64,000 nt of DNA from an uncultured Acidobacteriota bacterium (lineage in GTDB: Bacteria; Acidobacteriota; Vicinamibacteria; Vicinamibacterales; UBA2999). Numbering within the stretch: the first letter of the stretch is position 1; the number at the start of each line of letters is the position of its first letter. The notes under the pieces are model-generated. The model was not told the origin of the DNA, did no database searches, and saw nothing but the letters and a program-made list of their open reading frames with translations. The stretch is taken from the NCBI GenBank assembly GCA_963741135.1, contig CAVUHC010000004.1, positions 60,215-124,214 on the forward strand, in the 5' to 3' direction. Both the position numbers and the translations under genes were made by a program. Below are positions 1 through 9,115 of the stretch, in pieces.

Positions 1-67
1 GATACCGAGGGCGCAGTTCGTGCAGCAGTTGGCGTTTGCCGCCGACCCATTTCAGGAAAGGATGCAT
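1..67 (-). CDS. DNA adenine methyltransferase (Dam / D12-class), N-terminal 22 codons only; gene runs off the left edge
   Basis: Reverse complement of 1-67 reads MHPFLKWVGGKRQLLHELRPRY. The F-x-KW-x-GGK-x-x-LL N-terminus is the hallmark of Dam-family methylases. Only 22 aa are visible. Confidence 0.5.
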   Translation of the reverse strand, partial: MHPFLKWVGGKRQLLHELRPRY

Positions 68-292
68 GACGTCCGGTCTTATCGGCATTTGATCGTTTTA
101 TGTTCGCTTCGCATCGCGCTCCGACGAAGTATCGCTAGATAAACAACTGATAACTATACAGTTAAGCTCCTGTTTCCATCACTGCACAAGTGTGCGGGTC
201 CCGCCGATAACATAGTAGGAGCGCGTCGATTCGTTGATTGCGATTGATATGTCGGCTACGGAACGTCCTCCAGAGTCACTTTGAGTCTTCAT

Positions 293-967
293 ATGCACCT
301 TGACCCGTCGCTTTCTGTAAGCGAGAGGGCGAAGCTGTACGCGTTCATCGGGCGCCGATGCGCCGCCATGGTGCTCGCGTTCGGACTTGTCGTCGCCTGC
401 GCTTCCTGTGAGAGGCCACACGTGACAGCCGTGTACGACCCGGACACGCATCTAATCAGCCGGCTCGATTACGACGATGAGATGAGCGGACGGATCGCAG
501 CGCGGACCTACTTCTCAAGCGGCCGCCCGGTGCGGCTCGAGGTCGACCCAGATGGCAACGGGTCGATCGATCGGTGGGAGTACTACGGCGCGGACGGCTC
601 ATTGGTGCGCCTCGGCAGGTCGAGCCGGAACGATGGCCGTGAAGACACCTGGGTGACGCAATCCGGGTACTCCATGCGCGTCGACATCTCGACGCGCCGC
701 GATGGTTTCGTCGACCGCCGGGAGTTCCACGAGCAGGGAGAGCTGATCCGTGCGGAACTAGACACGAATTTCGACCGGCTTGTCGACGAGTGGCAGGAAT
801 TTGACAACGGCAAGCTTCACATCCTCCTCATCGACACCGAACAGCGACGCGGCCGGCCGGATCGGCGTCTTGTCTACGGTCTGGACGGGTCTCTTACGGG
901 CTTTGCGTCGGATCCCGACGGGGATGGGCAATTTACGCCGGAGCAGATACACGATGGTTCAGAGTGA
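293..967 (+). CDS. putative lipoprotein with repeated DxDGxG-type motifs (function unknown)
   Basis: ORF 281..967 (TTG at 281, ATG at 293). Lipobox-like L-V-V-A-C in MVLAFGLVVACASC. Repeated acidic motifs DPDGNGSIDRWEYY and DPDGDGQF. First gene of the co-directional EPS block. No family recognised. Confidence 0.45.
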   Translation: MHLDPSLSVSERAKLYAFIGRRCAAMVLAFGLVVACASCERPHVTAVYDPDTHLISRLDYDDEMSGRIAARTYFSSGRPVRLEVDPDGNGSIDRWEYYGADGSLVRLGRSSRNDGREDTWVTQSGYSMRVDISTRRDGFVDRREFHEQGELIRAELDTNFDRLVDEWQEFDNGKLHILLIDTEQRRGRPDRRLVYGLDGSLTGFASDPDGDGQFTPEQIHDGSE

Positions 968-2195
968 ATTGAAGCAGGCCGTCAGATGCTCGCTACGCGT
1001 CGTCTTCGCCGTGGGAGTGGCGCAGCTGGTGTTCGCCAGTGCAGCGATGGCGCAAGCGGCGCAGGATCCGGCCCGTACCTCGCGGTTCTTGATGGGCCCG
1101 CTGGCGTGGACGCCGACGCTGACGCTTCGCGATGCCGGCGTCGACTCCAACGTGTTCAACTCGCCCGAGGCCGAAACCCCGAAGCAGGATGTCACCAGCA
1201 CCTTGACCCCGGCCGTCGATTCCGTGCTCACGCTTGGCGTCATGCAGCTTGCGACCCAGGGCCGGGCCGATTTTCTCTATTTCGAGCGCTACACGAACGA
1301 GCGCGCGATTAACGGCCGCATCGCGGGACGCATGCAGTTTCCAACCACGCGCGTCCACCCGGTATTGACCGGCTCGTGGGAGCATGCCAAGGAGCGGAAC
1401 GGCAACGAGATCGATATACGCGCACCGCGAACAGAAATGGCGTACTCGGTTGGCCTCGGAGCCCAGATCACGCCGCGTTCCTCTCTCACGGTGACTGGTG
1501 GCCTGAGCGACTTGCGGTACGACGAGGGGGTGCAGTTTCGCGGCGTCGACCTCTCCGCGAGCCTCAACCGACAGAGCAAGACGGCGAGTGCGACGCTTCG
1601 GAGCACTCTCACGCCGCTGACAAGGCTCGTCGTCATTCTCGACGGAGCGCGGGACGAATTCACCACAGCCGCGAGCCACAACACCGACAATCTGCGCGGT
1701 CTCGCAGGCCTTGAGTTTGCGGCCGACGCTGTCATTCGCGGACGCGCCACCGTCGGGTACCACAAGATGCTGCCCCGCGGCTCTGACCTTTCACTCAATT
1801 TTGCAGGTTGGACCAGTCTGTTCGACCTCAGCTATACCCTGCTCGGGCGTACACGCTTTACCGGCCGCACGTCGCACGACACCAGTTACTCGGGGCTCGA
1901 CAATCGACCGTTCTACGTGTCGACGGTCGGGGGACTCGAGGTCACCCATAACCTCGTCGGGCCGGTTGACGTCGAACTGCGCGGGAGCCGCGAAAAGCTT
2001 GGCTACGCCGCAACCACGTTTCAGCCTGCACGCACAGATTACGCAAATACGGTGGGCGGTGGCCTCATCGTCCGCCTGTCAATGCAGTCGCGTATCGGCT
2101 TCTATTACGACGACAACCAGCGGCGTTCCTCAGAGGGTCCTATATGGGAGTACAGCCGCCGCCACATTTACACATCGGTCACTTATGGATTCTGA
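954..2195 (+). CDS. EPS-associated outer-membrane beta-barrel protein (putative)
   Basis: ATG at 954 gives MVQSELKQAVRCSLRVVFAVGVAQLVFASAAMAQ, a signal peptide. The body shows an alternating hydrophobic pattern. The C-terminus ...YTSVTYGF ends in Phe, as in OMP barrels. The gene sits immediately upstream of a Wza-like gene. The 780-953 part of the tracked ORF overlaps the previous gene and looks non-coding. Confidence 0.6.
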   Translation: MVQSELKQAVRCSLRVVFAVGVAQLVFASAAMAQAAQDPARTSRFLMGPLAWTPTLTLRDAGVDSNVFNSPEAETPKQDVTSTLTPAVDSVLTLGVMQLATQGRADFLYFERYTNERAINGRIAGRMQFPTTRVHPVLTGSWEHAKERNGNEIDIRAPRTEMAYSVGLGAQITPRSSLTVTGGLSDLRYDEGVQFRGVDLSASLNRQSKTASATLRSTLTPLTRLVVILDGARDEFTTAASHNTDNLRGLAGLEFAADAVIRGRATVGYHKMLPRGSDLSLNFAGWTSLFDLSYTLLGRTRFTGRTSHDTSYSGLDNRPFYVSTVGGLEVTHNLVGPVDVELRGSREKLGYAATTFQPARTDYANTVGGGLIVRLSMQSRIGFYYDDNQRRSSEGPIWEYSRRHIYTSVTYGF

Positions 2196-2196
2196 T

Positions 2197-3078
2197 ATGT
2201 CGAAGATTGCTGCCGCTCTCGCCGTTGTTGCGACTCTCGTTCTCGTGAACGCGTTCCCTGCAGACGCGCAGGCGCTGGCCTCGACGCTTGTGAACCAGCA
2301 GGCCACCGCGCCGTCACCATCCAGAAACGTCGAATACACAGTCGGCGCGCAGGACGTGTTGAAGATCACTGTCTTCGACGAGCCGACGCTGTCGGGCAGC
2401 TACCGTGTGGACGCCGACGGGAGCGTTCAATACCCGATGCTTGGACGCGTCCAGGTCGGAGGCCGGATGCTTCGCGACATCGAAGCGGACGTCAGCAAAA
2501 AGCTCGAGGACGGCTTCGTCAGGCGCGCGCAGGTCACAATCGACGTCGAACAGTTCCGCAGCCGAAGCATCTTCATCGTCGGCGAGGTGCGGTCGCCCGG
2601 AAAGTACCCGATGACCGGCCAGACGACCGTCATCGAGGCGCTCGCAGCCGCCGGATCGACGACGGTCAATGCGAGCAGCGAGATCCTCATCCTGCGATCG
2701 CGCAGCGCGGATCCCTCGAAACCCATCCTGCTCGACGCCGCGAACCAGGCGAACGTCACGCGCATCAGCCTCACCGATCTCCAGCTGGGCCGGTTGTCCG
2801 AGAACATCAACCTGCAGGAAGGCGACACGATCTTCGTGCCGAAGGCCGAGAGGTTCTTCGTCACCGGTCAGGTGAGGAGCCCGGGCGCGTACACCCACGA
2901 GCGGGGCCTGACGGTCCTCCAGGCGATTTCGCTGGCGGGCGGTCTCACCGAAAAGGGTTCGAATCGGCGCATGAAGGCAATCCGCACCGTCAACGGCAAG
3001 AAGGCCGAAGTGAAGATCGGTCCTACCGATGTCGTCCAGCCTGGCGATACGCTGATCATTCCGCAGCGGTTGCTGTAG
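2197..3078 (+). CDS. wza: polysaccharide export protein, Wza/Poly_export + SLBB type
   Basis: ATG at 2197, one base after the upstream TGA, gives signal peptide MSKIAAALAVVATLVLVNAFPADAQ. Poly_export-like YRVDADGSVQYPMLGRVQVGG. SLBB-like GDTIFVP...FFVTGQVRSPGAY and GDTLIIP. Confidence 0.85.
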   Translation: MSKIAAALAVVATLVLVNAFPADAQALASTLVNQQATAPSPSRNVEYTVGAQDVLKITVFDEPTLSGSYRVDADGSVQYPMLGRVQVGGRMLRDIEADVSKKLEDGFVRRAQVTIDVEQFRSRSIFIVGEVRSPGKYPMTGQTTVIEALAAAGSTTVNASSEILILRSRSADPSKPILLDAANQANVTRISLTDLQLGRLSENINLQEGDTIFVPKAERFFVTGQVRSPGAYTHERGLTVLQAISLAGGLTEKGSNRRMKAIRTVNGKKAEVKIGPTDVVQPGDTLIIPQRLL

Positions 3079-3081
3079 GAA

Positions 3082-3150
3082 AATCCCAAATCCCAAATCC
3101 CAAATCCCAAGGAGATCGCTTTGGAGTTGGGAATTGGGCGTTGGGAGTTG
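3082..3150. repeat. heptad-repeat imperfect hairpin (4x AATCCCA arm, about 10-nt loop, TTGGGA-type arm) directly after the wza stop
   Basis: aatcccaaatcccaaatcccaaatcccaa ggagatcgct ttggagttgggaattgggcgttgggagttg. The two arms are imperfect reverse complements. Related copies lie at 40092, 51295 and 53178. Confidence 0.8.
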
Positions 3151-3170
3151 ATCGCGATCAAAAATCAAAC

Positions 3171-5039
3171 ATGTGTGGCATTGGCGGTGTGTTCGGCTGG
3201 TCCGACGCCGAAGGGTTCGACGCCGTCCGCACGGCCGCCGACCTGAGTGCGGCGCTCGCCCATCGGGGTCCCGACGGTGAAGGGACGCTGATCGAAGGCC
3301 GCGCGCTGCTCGTCCATCGCCGCCTCGCTATCATCGATCCCACCCCTGCCGGCCGGCAGCCGATGACCACGCCGGACGGCCGCTACGCCATCGTCTTCAA
3401 CGGAGAGATTTACAACTACCGCGAGCTTCGTGTGGATCTGGAGAGGGCCGGCGTCCGCTTCGTGACCGCATCCGACACCGAGGTGCTGCTGGCCCTGATC
3501 GTGCGCGATGGCATCGACGCGCTCAGCCGCGCCCGCGGCATGTTCGCGCTGGCCGTGCTGGATGCGCGCGATCGCAGCCTGACGCTGGCGCGTGATCGCT
3601 TCGGCATCAAGCCGATCTACGTCGCGTCGCGCGGGCACGGGATCGCGTTTGCGTCCGAGATCGGCGCGCTGCGGCGCGCCTCGCTCGTCGGCCGCGATGT
3701 TTCGGCAGCGGGCATCCTGGCGTTCCTGGCGTGGAGCTACATTCCGGCGCCGCTGACATGGCTCCAGAACGTGGCAAGTCTGCTGCCTGGAACCTGGAAG
3801 CGCTGGCATGAAGATGGCCGGGTCGAGGGCGGAACGTTTGCGGACTACGCACGATCGTACACGAGCGGGAGCGACGTCGATGAAGTGGAGCTTCGCGATC
3901 AGGTGCGCGCGGCGATTCGTGACAGCGTGGCCGCGCATCTCGTCGCGGATGTCCCGGTCGGGATTTTCCTGTCGGGCGGAATCGACTCAGGCGCGATCGT
4001 CTCCACGGCCCGCTCGCTGACATCCGGGCCGCTTCACACGTATACGGTCGCCGGCGATCTCCCCTCGATGTCCGAGCTCGCCGAAGCACGGCTCGTCGCG
4101 ACGTGTTTCGAGACGACGCATCACGAGCTGATGATTGATTCCACGGTTGTGGAACAGGCGCTGCCTTCCATCGTCTGCCGTCTCGATGCTCCGACTGCCG
4201 ATGCCATCAATTCATACTTCGTGTCGCAGGCGGTCGCGGCTACGGGCGTGAAGGCCGTGCTGTCCGGCGTCGGCGGAGACGAGCTGTTCGCCGGCTATCC
4301 GAGTTTTCGTCGCGTTCCGTCGGCACTGCGCGCGACGAAGTGGCTCGCGCCGGTCCTTCCGATGACGGCACTCGCGGCGTCGGCGGTGTCCGACTGGCGC
4401 GCGCGCAAGTGGCAGCACTTTGCCGGGACACCTGACGCGGCGTCTGCCTACCGCGCCGTGCGCGGATATTTCATGCCCGAGGAGTGGCCGTCATTGATGG
4501 GGCCGGCGTTCGACGGGGAGACCCGCCGCGAGGCGCTTGAAACGCTCGCGGACGCGGAAAGCCGTATGTTTGTCAGTGCAGATTCCGAGACGCCGTTGGC
4601 AACGGTCGCGCGTTTCGAGACACGCGGATACCTGGAGGGGCAGCTGCTTCGCGACATCGATGCTGTTTCGATGGCTCACGCACTCGAGGTGCGCGTGCCC
4701 TTTGTCGACCACCGCCTGCTGGCGAGCGTCTGGCCCGCGGCCGGCCAGCATCCCAATCTGCTCGACGGGAAGCGACTGCTGCACGAGAGCCTCTCACGTC
4801 CGTTGCCGCCAGGAATCGTCGGCCGTCCGAAACAGGGTTTCACGCTTCCGTTCGACGCATGGATGCGCGGCGGCCTGCGCGAGGTCGCTCGCCAGGGCGT
4901 GCAGTCCGCGGTGTCGCGCGGATGGGTGAACGCGCGCGCGGCCGCCGACGTCTGGAACGATTGGGAGGGCGGACGAGCTCACTGGTCTCGCGCGTGGGGA
5001 CTCTCCGTGCTCGGCCAGTTTCTCGAGGGGGCTGCGTGA
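3171..5039 (+). CDS. asnB: asparagine synthase (glutamine-hydrolysing) family amidotransferase
   Basis: ATG at 3171 gives MCGIGGVF, with the Ntn nucleophile Cys2. GATase-II motifs HRGPDG, RLAIID and IVFNGEIYN. PP-loop FLSGGIDSGAI. The TTG at 3141 in the ORF track would bury the catalytic Cys. Confidence 0.85.
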   Translation: MCGIGGVFGWSDAEGFDAVRTAADLSAALAHRGPDGEGTLIEGRALLVHRRLAIIDPTPAGRQPMTTPDGRYAIVFNGEIYNYRELRVDLERAGVRFVTASDTEVLLALIVRDGIDALSRARGMFALAVLDARDRSLTLARDRFGIKPIYVASRGHGIAFASEIGALRRASLVGRDVSAAGILAFLAWSYIPAPLTWLQNVASLLPGTWKRWHEDGRVEGGTFADYARSYTSGSDVDEVELRDQVRAAIRDSVAAHLVADVPVGIFLSGGIDSGAIVSTARSLTSGPLHTYTVAGDLPSMSELAEARLVATCFETTHHELMIDSTVVEQALPSIVCRLDAPTADAINSYFVSQAVAATGVKAVLSGVGGDELFAGYPSFRRVPSALRATKWLAPVLPMTALAASAVSDWRARKWQHFAGTPDAASAYRAVRGYFMPEEWPSLMGPAFDGETRREALETLADAESRMFVSADSETPLATVARFETRGYLEGQLLRDIDAVSMAHALEVRVPFVDHRLLASVWPAAGQHPNLLDGKRLLHESLSRPLPPGIVGRPKQGFTLPFDAWMRGGLREVARQGVQSAVSRGWVNARAAADVWNDWEGGRAHWSRAWGLSVLGQFLEGAA

Positions 5040-5872
5040 GCACTCCGCCGGCCGCTCTTCCCGTGACGCACATCCGTCCTGGCACGCGCGCCGTGTCATT
5101 CACGATGCAGGAAGTCTGGCACGCGCGCGAGCTGCTGTACTTCCTGGTGTGGCGCGACGTCAAAGTGCGCTACAAGCAGACGGTGCTCGGCGTCGCCTGG
5201 AGCGTGATCCAGCCGTTGCTGACAATGGTCGTGTTCACGATCTTCTTTGGCCGGCTTGCGAAGATGCCGTCGGACGGCGTGCCCTACCCGTTGTTCGCGC
5301 TTGCCGCGCTGGTGCCATGGACCTACTTCGCGACGGCGGCATCCAACGGATCCTCGTCGCTGGTCGGCAGCCAGCATCTGATCGCGAAGGTCTATTTCCC
5401 TCGCGTGCTCGTGCCGCTCGCGGCGGTGCTGATGCCCGCCGTCGACCTCGTCATCTCCTTCGGCATGCTGCTGGTGCTCCTTGCGTGGTATCACGTGGCG
5501 CCGGGCGCTGGCGTGGTGCTGCTTCCGCTTTACGCTGCGCTTGGAATCCTCACCGCGTTTGCCGTCACGCTGTGGACGTCGGCGTTGAGCGTCCGCTATC
5601 GCGATGCGCGTTACGTGCTGCCGTTTCTCATTCAGATCTGGCTGTTCGTGACGCCCGTTGCCTATCCTGCGTCGATGATTCCCGAGCGGTGGCGCCTTGT
5701 GTACGCCCTCAATCCGATGGCGACGGTCGTTGAGGGTTTCAGGACGGCGCTTCTTGGCACCCCGGGCCCGGGATCGATGGCCATAGTCTCGATCGTCGTC
5801 GTCGCGGCGGCGCTTGTCGCCGGCGCTGCGTATTTCCGCTCCGTTGAGGGGTCGATCGTCGACCTTGCCTGA
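5036..5872 (+). CDS. wzm: ABC-2 type polysaccharide exporter permease (Wzm/TagG-like)
   Basis: GTG at 5036 overlaps the asnB stop (GTGA). ...IRPGTRAVSFTMQEVWHARELLYFLVWRDVKVRYKQTVLGVAWSVIQPLL is the classic ABC-2 N-terminal signature. Six hydrophobic segments. Confidence 0.85.
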   Translation: MSTPPAALPVTHIRPGTRAVSFTMQEVWHARELLYFLVWRDVKVRYKQTVLGVAWSVIQPLLTMVVFTIFFGRLAKMPSDGVPYPLFALAALVPWTYFATAASNGSSSLVGSQHLIAKVYFPRVLVPLAAVLMPAVDLVISFGMLLVLLAWYHVAPGAGVVLLPLYAALGILTAFAVTLWTSALSVRYRDARYVLPFLIQIWLFVTPVAYPASMIPERWRLVYALNPMATVVEGFRTALLGTPGPGSMAIVSIVVVAAALVAGAAYFRSVEGSIVDLA

Positions 5873-5874
5873 CC

Positions 5875-7134
5875 GTGCCTGATATCGCCATCAGAATCCG
5901 GGACCTCGGCAAGCGCTACACGATTGGCGCGCGCGAGGAGCAGCACGACACGCTGCGCGATCAGATTGCTGCCTTTGCGACGCGCCCCTTTCGCCGTCTC
6001 GCGCCGGGTGGGCTTGCGGCGTCCACGACGATCTGGGCGCTCAAGGGTGTTTCCCACGACATTCGGCGCGGCGAGGTCGTCGGCGTCATCGGTGGCAACG
6101 GCGCGGGAAAGTCGACACTGTTGAAAATCCTCTCGCGCATTACCCAGCCGACCGAGGGGGAAGCGGAAATTCACGGACGCGTTGGATCGCTCCTCGAGGT
6201 CGGCACCGGCTTCCACCCGGACCTCACGGGCCGGGAGAATGTCTTCCTCAACGGCGCGATCCTCGGAATGCGCAAGGCAGAAATCGCCCGCAAGTTCGAC
6301 GACATCGTCGCCTTCGCTGAGATTGACCAGTTCATCGACACGCCGGTGAAGCACTACTCGAGCGGCATGTACGTGCGGCTGGGATTTGCAGTGGCCGCGC
6401 ACATGGAGCCGGAGATCCTGATTGTCGACGAGGTGCTGGCGGTCGGCGACGCGCAGTTTCAGCGCAAGTGCCTCGGCAAGCTCGACGACGTGTCGCGCAG
6501 TGGACGCACCGTGCTGTTTGTGAGCCACAACATGGCGGCGATCCAGCGGCTGTGCACGTCGGCGATTCTCCTCGAGCGGGGCCGCGTGGTGCGCGTCGGT
6601 GACGCGCGATCCACAGTGGCCGCGTACCTGTCGGGCGCGGCGCGGGGAGGCTACGTCGCCGCGGCGCCTACCGGCGCCGCACAGATCCTTGCGGCCGACC
6701 TCGAGGACACCAGCGGACGCCCACTCGAAGTGCCCGTGTGCACCGAGCCGATCGTCTGCCGGATCCGTTTCGTGCTCCCTGAACGCTCACCGGGAACCTT
6801 CATCGGCATCGGCGTGTTGTCAACCGACGGCGCCCCGATCTTCACGAGTCAAAGTGAGGATGCCGGCATCGCCTGTCCCGCGGGCCCTGGAGAATTCGAC
6901 GCATGCGTTACGATTCCCCCCGATACGTTTCTCGCGGGTGACTTCCACATGGCGCTCTGTCTGTGGAATGGCGGCGGGATTCTCGATCTGCAGGAACCGG
7001 CGCTCTCGTTTTCCGTGGAGACGGGTTCATCGCCGCTGTATCGCGGGGCCGATTTGCGCAAAGGCTACGTGCGGGTCGATTGCGGCTGGTCCGTGACCAG
7101 CTCAGACGCGGTGTCGGTCGAGGTGGTGCAGTGA
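5875..7134 (+). CDS. wzt: ABC polysaccharide exporter ATP-binding protein (Wzt/TagH-like) with about 170-aa C-terminal extension
   Basis: Walker A GGNGAGKST, signature YSSGMYVRLGFA, Walker B ILIVDEVLAVGD. About 170 residues follow the NBD (about aa 250-419). Confidence 0.85.
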   Translation: MPDIAIRIRDLGKRYTIGAREEQHDTLRDQIAAFATRPFRRLAPGGLAASTTIWALKGVSHDIRRGEVVGVIGGNGAGKSTLLKILSRITQPTEGEAEIHGRVGSLLEVGTGFHPDLTGRENVFLNGAILGMRKAEIARKFDDIVAFAEIDQFIDTPVKHYSSGMYVRLGFAVAAHMEPEILIVDEVLAVGDAQFQRKCLGKLDDVSRSGRTVLFVSHNMAAIQRLCTSAILLERGRVVRVGDARSTVAAYLSGAARGGYVAAAPTGAAQILAADLEDTSGRPLEVPVCTEPIVCRIRFVLPERSPGTFIGIGVLSTDGAPIFTSQSEDAGIACPAGPGEFDACVTIPPDTFLAGDFHMALCLWNGGGILDLQEPALSFSVETGSSPLYRGADLRKGYVRVDCGWSVTSSDAVSVEVVQ

Positions 7135-7853
7135 CGCTTGTCGGACGTGCCATTCGCCGCGCCCGGACCGCGGCTGGCTACGAAACGCGCAGCGTCATCA
7201 ACCAGTTGGCCCAACGAGATCCCCGCTGGGCAACCTTCTGCCACGCCGTCGATTACGTCGACTACGAAGCGATCCCGGGCGCGATCGTGGAATTCGGCGT
7301 CTTCACGGGCATGAGCCTCGCGCTGCTCGCAAAGGCCCACTCGTTCGACGAGAAGGGGATGGTGCGACGCGTGGCTGGATTCGATTCGTTCCGCGGCCTT
7401 CCAGGCTCCAGCGAAGTGCACGCGCGGTGGAAGACCGGTGATTGTGCGGCAAACCACGGATGGCATCCGCTATTGAAGACGGGAGATCCCGTCACGCCGG
7501 ACGTCACGCTCCGGCTGTTCGAGGCGTGCGGACTTGCCGCGCCCCAGCTGCACGTCGGGTCGTTTGACGACACGTTGCCGGCTGCGTTCCCGGCCGTGCA
7601 CCCCCAGGTCGCGCTGGCGCATATCGATTGCGATTTGTACGAATCGACACGGGCCGTGCTCGAGGCGCTCGAGCCGGTGCTGCAGGACGGCTCCATCCTG
7701 CTGTTCGACGACTGGTTCCACTACCGTGGCCATCCCGGTAAAGGTGAAGCGCGCGCCTTCGCCGAGTTCCTGGCCGCGCATCCGAACTGGGGCGCTGCGC
7801 AGTACCAGACGTACTCGACCTTCTGCAATTCATTCATCCTGCATCGACGATGA
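7131..7853 (+). CDS. TylF/MycF-family SAM-dependent O-methyltransferase
   Basis: GTG at 7131 overlaps the wzt stop (GTGA). IVEFGVFTGMSL, FDSFRGLP and HIDCDLYESTRAVLEALEPVLQDGSILLFDDW match the TylF-family pattern. Confidence 0.7.
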   Translation: MTLVGRAIRRARTAAGYETRSVINQLAQRDPRWATFCHAVDYVDYEAIPGAIVEFGVFTGMSLALLAKAHSFDEKGMVRRVAGFDSFRGLPGSSEVHARWKTGDCAANHGWHPLLKTGDPVTPDVTLRLFEACGLAAPQLHVGSFDDTLPAAFPAVHPQVALAHIDCDLYESTRAVLEALEPVLQDGSILLFDDWFHYRGHPGKGEARAFAEFLAAHPNWGAAQYQTYSTFCNSFILHRR

Positions 7854-9115
7854 GCGTTGTCGCGCATATCGGTCCTCCGCTTGGCGCCAGTGGTGGCCCA
7901 GCCGGGTATTTGAAGCAGCTTGCCGCCGCACTTGACGGTCATCGTGACGCGTCCGACGTGCTGTTGCCCGATCGCATTGCCGCGGCTCCAGTTGAGCATG
8001 CACAGACGGTGTCGGCGGTCACGGGCGCGGCGCATCGAATCCGCCGGGCGTTGTTCGGACCACCTCGGTACTACCGCCCCGACAGGGCGGACGTGCGAAG
8101 GCGGGGAGGTGCGCTCGAGACCCTCTTTACCAGCTCATTGCTCGACATGCGCGCGGAAAACGAAGCGAGCCTCGCCAACGCGCTGGCACGGCGCGCCGAC
8201 GTATTGTTCGCCCACGATCTTGCCGCTGCCGAGGCCGCCCTCGAGGTCCGCGGACGCGAGCAGGTCTGGCTGATGCTGCACTCACCGATGCCGTTCGGTC
8301 TTTACATGGCGTGGAGCTGGGGCGTTCCCGAGATCGACTGGCGCGAAATCCTGACGTTCCCGGATGTGCGCGCGCTCATCGACCGCGAGCTCGACGTCTG
8401 TTCGCGGGTTGACCGCATCGTCATTCCCTGTTCCGAAGCGATCGACGAGCTCGTACGCTGCGACGCTCGGTTCGAGTTGCTGCGCGGCCGCGCCACTTAC
8501 GTGGTGACTGGAGCAAAGCGATCACAGGCAGCCACCGCAATCGGCCGCCAACAGGCGCGCGCGCGTTTTGCACTGCCGCTCGACCAGCCGGTGGGGCTGT
8601 TCATCGGCAACCAGGAGCCGTACCGCGGGCTCGACACGCTCATCGCGGGTCTCGTCGCGCTTGAAGAAGCGCGAGTGATTCCCGGTACCATCGCCATCGC
8701 AGGCCCCGATCCGCGGACCGTTCAATCCGGCCCGCGTATCCGGGCGCTGGGCCGCGTAAACGACGTGGCGGCGTTGTTCCAGGCAGTCGACTTCGTGGTG
8801 AACGTGAACCGCTTCAGCCTGTTCGATCTGTCAGTGATCGAGACACTTGAAGCCGGCAAGCCGCTTCTCATGCACGCGACGGGCGGCAATCGCGCGTTCG
8901 AGCGGCTCGGTGCCGGCTGCGACATGCTCGCCGATCTGGAAACCCAGACGATTGCCGACGGACTCGAACGGATGTTCACGGCGCCGGCGGCTACGTTAAG
9001 CGCGCTCGGCGCGCGCTCGAGGGCTTGCTACGACACCCACCTCACGCTGGATGTATTCGGCCGGGCGCACGAACGGCTTTACGCAACGGCGCAGTCCACG
9101 GTGGCGGTGCAGTGA
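7850..9115 (+). CDS. glycosyltransferase (GT-B fold, GT1/GT4-like)
   Basis: ATGA start-stop overlap. C-terminal domain VGLFIGNQEPYRGLDTLI...NVNRFSLFDLSVIETLEAGKPLLMHATGGN resembles Glycos_transf_1. Confidence 0.65.
   Translation: MSVVAHIGPPLGASGGPAGYLKQLAAALDGHRDASDVLLPDRIAAAPVEHAQTVSAVTGAAHRIRRALFGPPRYYRPDRADVRRRGGALETLFTSSLLDMRAENEASLANALARRADVLFAHDLAAAEAALEVRGREQVWLMLHSPMPFGLYMAWSWGVPEIDWREILTFPDVRALIDRELDVCSRVDRIVIPCSEAIDELVRCDARFELLRGRATYVVTGAKRSQAATAIGRQQARARFALPLDQPVGLFIGNQEPYRGLDTLIAGLVALEEARVIPGTIAIAGPDPRTVQSGPRIRALGRVNDVAALFQAVDFVVNVNRFSLFDLSVIETLEAGKPLLMHATGGNRAFERLGAGCDMLADLETQTIADGLERMFTAPAATLSALGARSRACYDTHLTLDVFGRAHERLYATAQSTVAVQ

Noticed and set aside
780-953. N-terminal extension of the OM-barrel ORF
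   Set aside because: It overlaps the preceding gene in another frame. The internal ATG at 954 yields a proper signal peptide.
3082-3150. Heptad arrays as a CRISPR array, or as telomere-like or mobile-element ends
   Set aside because: The units are 7 nt and contiguous, with no spacers. The arrays are under 40 nt. No cas, transposase or integrase genes are in the window. The pattern fits REP/terminator-like intergenic repeats better.
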